Source of the DNA: Ranitomeya imitator | Taxonomy: Eukaryota | DNA length: 64,000 nt | Reading direction: 5' to 3' | NCBI RefSeq assembly: GCF_032444005.1 | Contig: NC_091290.1 | Location: 7,626,001 to 7,690,000 of the forward strand | In this document: one piece after another, positions 35,701 through 45,654 of the stretch | How positions within the stretch are numbered: the first letter of the stretch is position 1 | Layout of the letters: every line of letters starts with the position of its first letter | The notes under the pieces: model-generated | Seen by the model: only the letters and a program-made list of their open reading frames with translations | Databases searched by the model: none | What the model was told of the DNA's origin: nothing | Position numbers and translations under genes: made by a program

Positions 35701-36829
35701 TCCAGTCAAGGACTGGATTATGAGTTTGTAACCATGGCAGACCAAGTACTAGAACATCATGCAAATTATACAGTACCAGGAAGCGAATCACCTCCTGATG
35801 AACGGGAGTCATACGCATGGTCACTTGTGTCCAGTACTGAGGTTTATTCATAGCCAAAGGTGTAGAGTCAATTCCCTTCAAAAGAATAGGGACTTCCAGA
35901 GGCTCCAGACTAAACCCACAGCGGTTGGCAAATGACCAATCCATAAGACTCAGGGCAGCGCCTGAATCCACATAGGCATCGACGGAAATGGATGATAATG
36001 AGCAAATCAGAGTCACAGACAGAATGAACTTAGACTGTAAAGTACTAATGGCAACAGACTTATCAACCTTTTTTGTGCGTTTAGAGCATGCTGATATAAC
36101 ATGAGCTGAATCACCACAATAAAAGCACAACCCTTTTTTCCGCCTATACTTTTGCCGTTCACTTCTGGACTGAATTCTATCACATTGCATTATCTCAGGT
36201 GACGGTTCAGACGACACCGCCAAATGATGCACAGGTTTGCGCTCCCGTAAACGCCGATCAATCTGAACAGCCATAGTCATAGACTCATTCAGACCAGCAG
36301 GCGCAGGGAACCCCACCATAACATCTTTAATGGCCTCAGAAAGGCCATCTCTAAACTTTGCAGCCAGAGCGCACTCATTCCACTGAGTAAGTACCGACCA
36401 CTTCCGAAATTTTTGACAATAAATTTCTGCTTCATCTTGCCCCTGAGAGAGGGCCAACAAAGCTTTTTCAGCCTGAATCTCTTGGTTAGGTTCCTCATAG
36501 AGCAAACCCAATGCCAGAAAAAACGCATCTGCATTAAGCAACGCAGGGTCCCCTGGTGCCAATGCAAATGCCCAATCCTGAGGGTCACCCCGCAGGAAAG
36601 ATATAATTATCTTGACTTGCTGAGCAGGGTCTCCAGAGGAGCGAGATTTCAAAGAAAGAAACAACTTGCAATTGTTCCTAAAATTCAGAAAACGAGATCT
36701 ATCTCCAGAAAAAAACTCTGGGACAGGAATTCTAGGTTCAGACATAGGAGCATGTACAACAAAATACTGTATATTTTGAACCTTAGTGGCAAGATTATTC
36801 AGGCTGGAAGCCAAACTCTGGACGTCCAT
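32714..36829 (-). CDS. Gag-Pol polyprotein, 1371 aa: Gag, CCHC knuckle, protease, RT, RNase H, integrase, chromodomain
   Basis: CFYCGDSAHVISAC; YVDSGA; RPCIDYR..YLDDILVFS; VDAS..DHKNL; H..GHPG..CEVC, DFI/DRG/TE integrase; EYVVEKILDSR..QYLVKWKGY..SW. The stop codon falls inside the 3' LTR. Confidence 0.97.
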   Translation of the reverse strand: MDVQSLASSLNNLATKVQNIQYFVVHAPMSEPRIPVPEFFSGDRSRFLNFRNNCKLFLSLKSRSSGDPAQQVKIIISFLRGDPQDWAFALAPGDPALLNADAFFLALGLLYEEPNQEIQAEKALLALSQGQDEAEIYCQKFRKWSVLTQWNECALAAKFRDGLSEAIKDVMVGFPAPAGLNESMTMAVQIDRRLRERKPVHHLAVSSEPSPEIMQCDRIQSRSERQKYRRKKGLCFYCGDSAHVISACSKRTKKVDKSVAISTLQSKFILSVTLICSLSSISVDAYVDSGAALSLMDWSFANRCGFSLEPLEVPILLKGIDSTPLAMNKPQYWTQVTMRMTPVHQEVIRFLVLYNLHDVLVLGLPWLQTHNPVLDWKSMSVLSWGCQGVHDDAPPISIASSTPSEIPVFLSDYRDVFEEPKLSSLPPHRDCDCAINLIPGSKFPKGRLFNLSVPEHTAMRDYVKESLEKGHIRPSLSPLGAGFFFVAKKDGSLRPCIDYRLLNKITVKYQYPLPLLTDLFARIKGAKWFTKIDLRGAYNLIRIMQGDEWKTAFNTPEGHFEYLVMPFGLSNAPSVFQSFMHDIFREYLDKFMIVYLDDILVFSDDWESHVQQVRKVFQVLRANSLFVKGSKCFFGVQKISFLGYIFSPSTIEMDPVKVQAICDWTQPTSLKSLQKFLGFANFYRRFITNFSSVVKPLTDLTKKGADVANWSPAAVEAFQELKRRFSSAPVLRQPDVSLPFQVEVDASEIGAGAVLSQRSSDGSVMKPCAFFSRKFSPAKRNYDVGNRELLAMKWAFEEWRHWLEGARHRVVVLTDHKNLIYLESARRLNPRQARWSLFFSRFNFVVSYLPGSKNVKADALSRSFVPDSLGNSEPSGILRDGVILSAVSPDLRRALQEFQAGKPDRCPPERLFVPDNWTSRVISEVHSSALAGHPGIFGTRDLVARSFWWPSLSRDVRSFVQSCEVCARAKPCCSRASGLLSPLPIPKRPWTHISIDFISDLPVSQKMSVIWVVCDRFSKMVHLVPLPKLPSSSELVPLFFQNVVRLHGIPENIVSDRGSQFVSRFWRTFCAKMGIDLSFSSAYHPQTNGQTEQTNQTLETYLRCFVSADQDDWVTFLPLAEFALNNRASSATLVSPFFCNSGFHPRFSSGQVEPSDCPGVDMVVDRLHRIWSHVVDNLKLSQEKAQQFANRRRRVGPRLLVGDLVWLSSRFVPMKVSSPKFKPRFIGPYRILEILNPVSFRLDLPASFAIHNVFHRSLLRKYEVPDVPSLEPPAPVLVEGELEYVVEKILDSRVSRRKLQYLVKWKGYGQEDNSWVVASDVHADDLVRAFHRAHPGRPGGSREGSVTPPQGGGTVVSSVFGLPLVVTDGTG

Positions 36830-37007
36830 GATAAACAGCTGAGATCAGAGCCATTCAAAGATTAAGAGGAGGAGGAAGTAGCCAGGCTGCAATAAGGCTA
36901 GGCAGCAAACTCTGAGGGGAAAAAAAAAAAAAAAAAAAAAAACTTCCTCAGACTACTTATCCTCCTACTTCAGCCAATACAATTAACACTTTGTGGTCCG
37001 GTTATAC

Positions 37008-37749
37008 TGTCATGATCCCAATGGCAGGGGATCACAAAAAGGACAAGCACAGATACAAACAAGCTCTAGGGCGATGGAACCTGAGCTGACCGCGACCCTG
37101 AACCTAACACACAAATAAAAGTAGCCGGGGAACGTGCCTACGATGATCCTAGACGTCTCGCTCCAGCCGAAGATCTAACTTCCCCTATCAGAAGAAACAC
37201 AGACCTCTCTTGCCTCCAGAGAAATACCCCACAGCAAATAGCAGCCCCCCACATATAATGACGGTGAAATGAGAGGAAAGCACATACGTAGTATGAAAAC
37301 AGTTTCAGCAAAATGAGGCCCGCTAAAGCTAGATAGCAGAGGATACAAAAGTGAACTGCGCGGTCAGCGAAAAACCCTTCAAAAAACCATCCTGAAATTA
37401 CTTGAACTCATGTGCCAACTCATGGTACATGAAAAGCAATTTCAGCCCACTAGAGCAACCAGCAGCAGAGAATCACATATCTGCAGGCTGGACTAAAAAC
37501 CAAATTAAGCAAAACACAAAACAGGAAAATCCAAACTTAGCTTGTCCAGAAGGTTCTAGGAGCAGGGAGCAGAGGTAACAAGACACACTGGATACATTGA
37601 TAACCGGCGAGGAAATGCCAGCAAAGCCAGGTTAAATAGGAAACTCCCATATGCTGATGGAACAGGTGGAACCCAGAAACCCAGGAAAGACAAGTCACCC
37701 AGTACCATCAGTAACCACCAGAGGGAGCCCAAAAACAGAACTCACAACA
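37008..37749 (-). repeat. 5' LTR of the Gypsy element (TATTTAA box at 37638-37632)
   Basis: Matches 32027-32768. Differs at 37573 (A) versus 32592 (C). Confidence 0.97.
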
Positions 37750-37946
37750 GTTGAATAATAATTGACCCACACTTTTATGTTTAAAATTTATAAAAATTTA
37801 ACTGAGCAACAAAACTTTTTGGTTTGTAAGATTTCTGCATCTGTTATTAAATCCTGCTCTTGTTTGAAGTTTGAAGGCTCTAACTTATTTGCATCTTATT
37901 AAACCTGCTAAATCTGCAGGGGGTTGAATACTACTTGTAGGCACTG

Positions 37947-38380
37947 TACATATTATAGGCACAGATAGTGCTGCCTCTCTGTCCATATATACCTATTATA
38001 GGCACAGATAGTGCTGCCTCCCTGTCCATATATACCTATTATAGGCACAGATAGTGCTGCCTCCCTGTCCATATATACCTATTATAGGCACAGATAGTGC
38101 TGCCTCCCTGTCCATATATACCTATTATAGGCACAGATAGTGCTGCCTCCCTGTCCATATATACCTATTATAGGCACAGATAGTGCTGCCTCCCTGTCCA
38201 TATATACATATTATAGGATTATAGGCACAGATAGTGCTGCCTCCCTGTCCATATATACATATTATAGGCACAGATAGTGCGGCCTCCCTGTCCATATATA
38301 CATATTATAGGCACAGATAGTGCGGCCTCCCTGTCCATATATACATATTATAGGCACAGATAGTGCTGCCTCCCTGTCTA
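37947..38380. repeat. 43-bp minisatellite, right part
   Basis: Same unit as 29860-30619, resuming in register after the TA TSD. Confidence 0.95.
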
Positions 38381-38539
38381 TGCTGGACATTTTGGACGGT
38401 GCATAGTTTTTGCTCTGCTGTACAGAGTTTATATGAACATGTATTTCTCGCTGCGCAGTTCGGAAATCCTCTTTTCCTCCATAATTGCCCCATTTTCTGT
38501 CTTAATGGCTGATGCATGAATCCCGCGATGTCATTCAGC

Positions 38540-39045
38540 TCAGCAGAACGGCACTAGAAGGAAAGTGAAAAAATCACCTCCGATCAATAAAACTCTAAAA
38601 GGCACTTAAGGTCTCGGCGAGAGGATTCTCGTGAGCGCATGGAGTAAACTCCAGCGGAAGAGGCGCCGCAGCGACCTGTGCGGTTTCCTCCTCAGTTTGA
38701 AAGCTAAATTGCTTCTCTATATTAAGCAGCCGCTTTAGTGCTGCGCTCCCCGGATCCATGGCAACGGGCGGACCCCCTCCATTCAGGGGCTCAATACGAA
38801 GACTCGATGACAAAGCTCCCGTCCCCGGCAGTTCGGTATGTGCACAGCCGGCGGCAGCAACACGGAGGCGGCAGCAAGAGCCGGAAGCGGCAGGGTCCGG
38901 GGGGTGTGGAAAAACTACCCCCTGTACCGGCCTGAGACTCTATTACATCAGCACCAGAAAAGGAGCTGGTGGGAGGATGACGTCCCCAGCAGCACAGCCC
39001 ACCCGTGCCGCCTTCCTGGATGCAAATATACGCACTTCCCAGTAG
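38540..39045. promoter_or_regulatory. CpG-rich unique segment, possible alternative promoter/5' UTR of a + strand gene
   Basis: High CpG content, TATA-like CTATATTAAG, CCATGGCAAC half X-box, CCGGAAG and a GGCGGCAGC-rich tract. No transcript evidence available. Confidence 0.3.
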
Positions 39046-41060
39046 TCACAGCAAGCTCCCACTTCCCAGTAGTCACAGCGGGCTCTCACTTCCCAGTAGT
39101 CACAGCAGGCTCTCACTTCCCAGTACTCACAGCGGGCTCCCACTTCCCAGTAGTCACAGCGGGCTCCCACTTCCCAGTAGTCACAGCGGGCTCCCACTTC
39201 CCAGTAGTCACAGCGGGCTCCCACTTCCCAGTAGTCACAGCGGGCTCTCACTTCCCAGTAGTCACAGCGGGCTCCCACTTCCCAGTAGTCACAGCGGGCT
39301 CCCACTTCCCAGTAGTCACAGCGGGCTCCCACTTCCCAGTAGTCACAGCGGGCTCCCACTTCCCAGTAGTCACAGCGGGCTCCCAATTCCCAGTAGTCAC
39401 AGCGGGCTCCCACTTCCCAGTAGTCACAGCGGGCTCCCACTTCTCAGTAGTCACAGCGGGCTCCCACTTCCCAGTAGTCACAGCGGGCTCCCACTTCCCA
39501 GTAGTCACAGCGGGCTCCCACTTCCCAGTAGTCACAGCGGGCTCCCACTTCCCAGTAGTCACAGCGGGCTCCCACTTCCCAGTTATCACAGCAGGCTCCC
39601 ACTTCCCAGTAGTCACAGCAGGCTCCCACTTCCCAGTAGTCACAGCAGGCTCCCACTTCCCAGTTATCACAGCAGGCTCCCACTTCCCAGTAGTCACAGC
39701 AGGCTCCCACTTCCCAGTTATCACAGCAGGCTCCCACTTCCCAGTAGTCACAGCAGGCTCCCACTTCCCAGTAGTCACAGCAGGCTCCCACTTCCCAGTT
39801 ATCACAGCAGGCTCCCACTTCCCAGTAGTCACAGCAGGCTCCCACTTCCCAGTAGTCACAGTGGACGCTCACTTCCCAGTAGTCACAGCGGGCTCCCACT
39901 TCCCAGTAGTCACAGCAGGCTCCCACTTCCCAGTAGTCACAGCGGTCTCCCACTTCCCAGTAGTCACAGCAGGCTCCCACTTCCCAGTAGTCACAGCGGT
40001 CTCCCACTTCCCAGTAGTCACAGCAGGCTCCCACTTCCCAGTAGTCACAGCGATCTCCCACTTCCCAGTAGTCACAGCGATCTCCCACTTCCCAGTAGTC
40101 ACAGCGGTCTCCCACTTCCCAGTAGTCACAGCAGGCTCCCACTTCCCAGTAGTCACAGCGATCTCCCACTTCCCAGTAGTCACAGCGATCTCCCACTTCC
40201 CAGTAGTCACAGCGGGCTCCCACTTCCCAGTAGTCACAGCGGGCTCCCACTTCCCAGTTATCACAGCAGGCTCCCACTTCCCAGTAGTCACAGCAGGCTC
40301 CCACTTCCCAGTAGTCACAGCAGGCTCCCACTTCCCAGTAGTCACAGCAGGCTCCCACTTCCCAGTTATCACAGCAGGCTCCCACTTCCCAGTAGTCACA
40401 GCAGGCTCCCACTTCCCAGTTATCACAGCAGGCTCCCACTTCCCAGTAGTCACAGCAGGCTCCCACTTCCCAGTAGTCACAGCAGGCTCCCACTTCCCAG
40501 TAGTCACAGTGGACTCTCACTTCCCAGTAGTCACAGCGGGCTCCCACTTCCCAGTAGTCACAGCAGGCTCCCACTTCCCAGTAGTCACAGCGGTCTCCCA
40601 CTTCCCAGTAGTCACAGCAGGCTCCCACTTCCCAGTAGTCACAGCGGTCTCCCACTTCCCAGTAGTCACAGCAGGCTCCCACTTCCCAGTAGTCACAGCG
40701 ATCTCCCACTTCCCAGTAGTCACAGCGGTCTCCCACTTCCCAGTAGTCACAGCAGGCTCCCACTTCCTAGTAGTCACAGCGGTCTCCCACTTCCCAGTAG
40801 TCACAGCGGTCTCCCACTTCCCAGTAGTCACAGCAGGCTCCCACTTCCCAGTAGTCACAGTGGTCTCCAACGTCCTAGTAGTCACAGCGGTCTCCCACTT
40901 CCCAGTAGTCACAGCAGGCTCCCACTTCCCAGTAGTCACAGCAGGCTCCCACTTCCCTGTAGTCACAGCAGGCTCTCACTTCCCAGTAGTCACAGCAGGC
41001 TCCCACTTCCTAGTAGTTACAGCGGTCCCCCACTTCCTAGTAGTCATGGCAGTCTTCTAG
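39045..41060. repeat. 27-bp minisatellite CACTTCCCAGTAGTCACAGCGGGCTCC (about 74 copies)
   Basis: 9-aa periodic pseudo-ORFs on both strands. Degenerate copies continue to about 41330. Confidence 0.96.
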
Positions 41061-41469
41061 TACCAAGTCAAAATTCTTAGTATCCCCTACCCCACCAGAC
41101 CAGTAGTAGTTTCTTCCTGCCTCATTCCCCTATTAGTCACAACAGCCTCCCAATTCCTCACTAGCAGTTTCCTTCCTCCACTTTGGTCAGAGTATCCCCC
41201 ATTAAATCACCTGTGGTCTCTGCAGCCATCTGCCACTAAAGTCCGAATATTCAGCAGCCTCCCCACCTCCCCAAGAGTTTCACCAAACCTCCTTATCTCC
41301 CTAGTAGTCACAGCAGTCCCAGCTACTTCCACAGAACTCACTGCCGTCCCTTCACTTCACCACCTTTGTGTATGGCACTGAGCTGCTGCTCCAAATATTT
41401 CTGCCCGTGCAGATGAGCTGCTGAGCCTGGTAAACTGGAAGGGATTGTCCTGATTGCTGGAGCAGCAGG

Positions 41470-44400
41470 AATGTGCGATTCTTGGGTGGCATTGGAGGGG
41501 TGCGGGGCGCATCGGAGGAGCGCGGGGTGGCATTGGAGGAGCGTGGGGCGGCATCGGAGTGCGGGGTGGAATCGGAGGAGTGCGGGGTGGAATCGGAGGG
41601 GCGCGGGGCAGCATCGAAGGAGCATGGGGTGGCATCGGAGGAGTGCGGGGCGGCATCGGAGGAGCGCGGGGTGGCATCGGAGGAGCGTGGGGCGGCATCG
41701 GAGGGGCGCTGGGTGGCATTGGTGGAGCGTGGGATGGCATTGGAGGGGCACGGGTGGAATCAGAGGGGCGCGGTGTGGAATCGGAGGAGCGCAGGGCGGC
41801 ATTGGAGGGACGCGGGGTGGAATCGGAGGGGCGCGGGGCGGCATTGGAGGGGCACGGGTGGCATTGGAGGGGCACGGTGTGGAATCGGAGGGGCGCTGGG
41901 TGGCATCGGTGGAGCGTGGGGCGGCATTGGAGGGGCACGAGTGGCATTGGAGGAGCGCAGGGCGGCATTGGAGGGGCACGGGGTGGAATCGGAGGGGCGC
42001 AGGGTGGAATCGGAGGGGCGCTGGGTGGCATCGGTGGAGCGTGGGGCGGCATTGGAGGGGCACGGGTGGAATCGGAGGAGCGCAGGGCGGCATTGGAGGG
42101 ACACAAGGGGGAATCGGAGGGGCGCGGGGCGGCATTGGAGGGGCACGGGTGGCATCGGAGGAGCGCAGGGTGGCATTGGAGGGACACAAGGGGGAATCGG
42201 AGGGGCGCGGGGCAGCATTGGAGGGGCACGGGTGGCAGCGGAGGAGCGCAGGGTGGCATTGGAGGGGCACGGAGTGGAATCGGAGGAGCGTGGGGCGGCA
42301 TTGGAGGGGCACGGTGTGGAATCGGAGGGGTGCGGGGTGGAATCGGAGGGGTGCGGTGTGGAATCGCAGGGGCGCGGGGTGGCATCGGAGGAGCGCAGGG
42401 CGGCATTGGAGGGGCACGGGGTGGAATCGGTGGAGCGTGGGGTGGCATTGGAGGGGCACGGGGTGGAATCGGAGGGGCACGGGGGTGGAATCGGAGGGGC
42501 GCTGGGTGGCATCGGTGGAGCGGGGCGGCATTGGAGGGGAGCAGAGTGGTATCGGAGGGGGCCATGACGGCATAGGAGCGCCGTGCGGCATTGGAGGGGC
42601 GCGGGGTGGAATCGGAGGGGCGCTGGGTGGCATCGGTGGAGCGTGGGGTGGCATTGGAGGGGCACGGGGTGGAATCGGAGGGGCACTGGGTGGAATCGCA
42701 GGGGCGCGGGGTGGCATCGGTGGAGCGGGGCGGCATTGGAGGGGAGCAGAGTGGTATCGGAGGGGGCCATGACGGCATAGGAGCGCCGTGCGGCATTGGA
42801 GGGGCGCGGGGTGGAATTGGAGGGGCGCTGGGTGGCATCGGTGGAGCGTGGGGTGGCATTGGAGGGGCACGGGGTGGAATCGGAGGGGCACTGGGTGGAA
42901 TCGCAGGGGCGCGGGGTGGCATCGGTGGAGCGGGGCAGCATTGGAGGGGAGCAGAGTGGTATCGGAGGGGCCATGGCGGCATAGGAGCGCCGTGCGGCAT
43001 TGGAGGGGCGCGGGGTGGAATCGGAGGGGCGCTGGGTGGCATCGGTGGAGCGTGGGGTGGCATTGGAGGGGCATGGGGTGGAATTGGAGGGGCACTGGGT
43101 GGAATCGCAGGGGCGTGGGGTGGCATCGGTGGAGCGGGGCGGCATTGGAGGGGAGCAGAGTGGTATCGGAGGGGGCCATGACGGCATAGGAGCGCCGTGC
43201 GGCATTGGAGGGGCGCGGGGTGGAATTGGAGGGGCGCTGGGTGGCATCGGTGGAGCGTGGGGTGGCATTGGAGGGGCACGGGGTGGAATCGGAGGGGCAC
43301 TGGGTGGAATCGCAGGGGCGCGGGGTGGCATCGGTGGAGCGGGGCAGCATTGGAGGGGAGCAGAGTGGTATCGGAGGGGCCATGGCGGCATAGGAGCGCC
43401 GTGCGGCATTGGAGGGGCGCGGGGTGGAATCGGAGGGGCGCTGGGTGGCATCGGTGGAGCGTGGGGTGGCATTGGAGGGGCATGGGGTGGAATTGGAGGG
43501 GCACTGGGTGGAATCGCAGGGGCGTGGGGTGGCATCGGTGGAGCGGGGCGGCATTGGAGGGGAGCAGAGTGGTATCGGAGGGGGCCATGACGGCATAGGA
43601 GCGCCGTGCGGCATTGGAGGGGCGCGGGGTGGAATCGGAGGGGCGCTGGGTGGCATCGGTGGAGCGTGGGGTGGCATTGGAGGGGCACGGGGTGGAATCG
43701 GAGGGGCACTGGGTGGAATCGCAGGGGCGCGGGGTGGCATCGGTGGAGCGGGGCGGCATTGGAGGGGAGCAGAGTGGTATCGGAGGGGCCATGGCGGCAT
43801 AGGAGCGCCGTGCGGCATTGGAGGGGCGCTGGTGGCATCGGTGGAGCGTGGGGTGGCATTGGAGGGGCATGGGGTGGAATTGGAGGGGCACTGGGTGGAA
43901 TCGCAGGGGCGTGGGGTGGCATCGGTGGAGCGGGGCGGCATTGGAGGGGAGCAGAGTGGTATCGGAGGGGGCCATGACGGCATAGGAGCGCCGTGCGGCA
44001 TTGGAGGGGCGCGGGGTGGAATCGGAGGGGCGCTGGGTGGCATCGGTGGAGCGTGGGGTGGCATTGGAGGGGCACGGGGTGGAATCGGAGGGGCACTGGG
44101 TGGAATCGCAGGGGCGCGGGGTGGCATCGGTGGAGCGGGGCGGCATTGGAGGGGAGCAGAGTGGTATCGGAGGGGCCATGGCGGCATAGGAGCGCCGTGC
44201 GGCATTGGAGGGGCGCTGGTGGCATCGGTGGAGCGTGGGGTGGCATTGGAGGGGCATGGGGTGGAATTGGAGGGGCACTGGGTGGAATCGCAGGGGCGTG
44301 GGGTGGCATCGGTGGAGCGGGGCGGCATTGGAGGGGAGCAGAGTGGTATCGGAGGGGGCCATGACGGCATAGGAGCGCCGTGCGGCATTGGAGGGGCGCG

Positions 44401-44600
44401 GGGTGGAATCGGAGGGGCGCTGGGTGGCATCGGTGGAGCGTGGGGTGGCATTGGAGGGGCACGGGGTGGAATCGGAGGGGCACTGGGTGGAATCGCAGGG
44501 GCGCGGGGTGGCATCGGTGGAGCGGGGCAGCATTGGAGGGGAGCAGAGTGGTATCGGAGGGGCCATGGCGGCATAGGAGCGCGGTGCGGCATTGGAGGCA
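41470..44600. repeat. G-rich hierarchical repeat: short GGCATTGGAGGGG/GGAATCGGAGGGG subunits organised into about 205-bp units and 409/387-bp blocks
   Basis: Identical ORF starts at 42583, 42788, 43197, 43606, 43993 and 44380 (offsets 205, 409, 409, 387, 387). Confidence 0.93.
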
Positions 44601-45039
44601 ATGGCGGCTGATCCAGCAGCTCCAGAACTTTATTGGAGAGAGCGCTGCACTCATTACAAACTTGGGACATCACTGAGATCGCAGAGGTGGCCGGTAACCT
44701 TGCCAACAAGGTGTAAACTATAGAATTATAAGTCCCACCATTGTGGAGGGCACAGGGGGTTTCAGCAGGACGTAACTTGCGCCTTTGACCTATTTCTGAT
44801 GAGACAATAGCGGGGCTCGCCCTCCGGTCGCTGCTGTGTGGAGCGGAGCCCTGACATGACGGCACCCGGATGTCCTGGGTCGGGATGGAAGGGGTTAAGG
44901 TTTCTGTCCAGTCTGTGGATCCCCATTCTCCCGCACAGGGGATCAGTGATCGGCCGACACCCGACGATCACCCGACACCTGACGATCACCCGCCTGAGAT
45001 CCGGCCGCGGCCCATTCCAGAGCGCAGGACCCGCGCCGT

Positions 45040-45431
45040 GACCAATCACAGCGCAGCTTTCATTGCTTCAGAGCCGCTTAAGAACTAAAAGCTGAGCTCT
45101 GATTGGTTGCTATGGCCATTTTTTTATAGTACAGAATCTGAGTCCTAACACTACAAGTCCCAGCAGCCGCGCTCCCGGCCCCGTCACTATCGATCCCCGC
45201 GCACTCGGCGCCATTGTCGCTGTCCGATGATTATTATTGTCGCCCCTGCTGTGACCTCCCCCTCCCCACGGCTCAGTGGTCCGTCCCATTACTGGTCGCC
45301 TCATGCTGCCCCCTGCTCCCCCCGCCCCCGAGACCGCCTGTGGATCCTCCCGGAAGTGCCGCCATTTTGGATCCTCTGCGCGTAGAGAGAAGACGAGAAG
45401 AGCGTGTGACCGACGGCTGCGAGCGGTGAGT
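45040..45431 (+). promoter_or_regulatory. Housekeeping-type promoter and candidate non-coding first exon of a + strand gene (by synteny probably CELF1)
   Basis: CCAAT 45042, ATTGG 45102, ZNF143/THAP11-type ACTACAAGTCCCAGCAGCC 45150-68, adjacent CCGGAAGTG (45350) and CCGCCATTTT (45359), donor GCG|GTGAGT at 45426. Gene identity is inference only. Confidence 0.6.
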
Positions 45432-45654
45432 GACGGGAGGGCGGCGGGGAGGTCGGGGCCGAACACCGGCCGGGGCTGGAGTACTGGGCTCGGCGGCCGG
45501 GATGGTGACGGGAAGATTGCGTAAGCGGCGGGTAACGGGATCCTAGCGGCCGCCCCACCCCGCTGCGCTCCCGGGCGGGGATAACGGCGCTCTGCTCCGC
45601 TACCGCACATGGCCCCGGGGCGGGGTGTGAGCGGAGGGGAGACGGCGGCGAAGA

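Larger units (their letters stand above)
32027..37749 (-). mobile_element. Full-length Gypsy/Ty3 chromovirus (Tf1/sushi-like) LTR retrotransposon
   Basis: Two 742-bp TG...CA LTRs (32027-32768 and 37008-37749) with a single mismatch seen. Polypurine tract adjacent to the 3' LTR, flanking duplication GTTGAA, single intact gag-pol ORF. Confidence 0.98.
30620..37946 (+). mobile_element. Tc1/mariner (DD34E) element, TA TSD, IR/DR-type ends, carrying a Gypsy insertion
   Basis: TA|CAGTGCCTACAAGTAGTATTCAACCCCCTGCAGATTTAGCAGGTTTA ... and its perfect 47-bp inverse ending at 37946|TA. Inner direct repeat TATTCAACCCC at 30814. Confidence 0.96.

Noticed and set aside
32780-36865. Short ORFs antisense to or overlapping gag-pol
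   Set aside because: Expected shadows of a long ORF, with no independent motifs.
38595-38813. 72-aa - strand ORF (MDPGSAALKRLLNIEKQF...) as a gene
   Set aside because: No recognisable homology or exon partners; more simply an incidental ORF in a CpG-rich segment.
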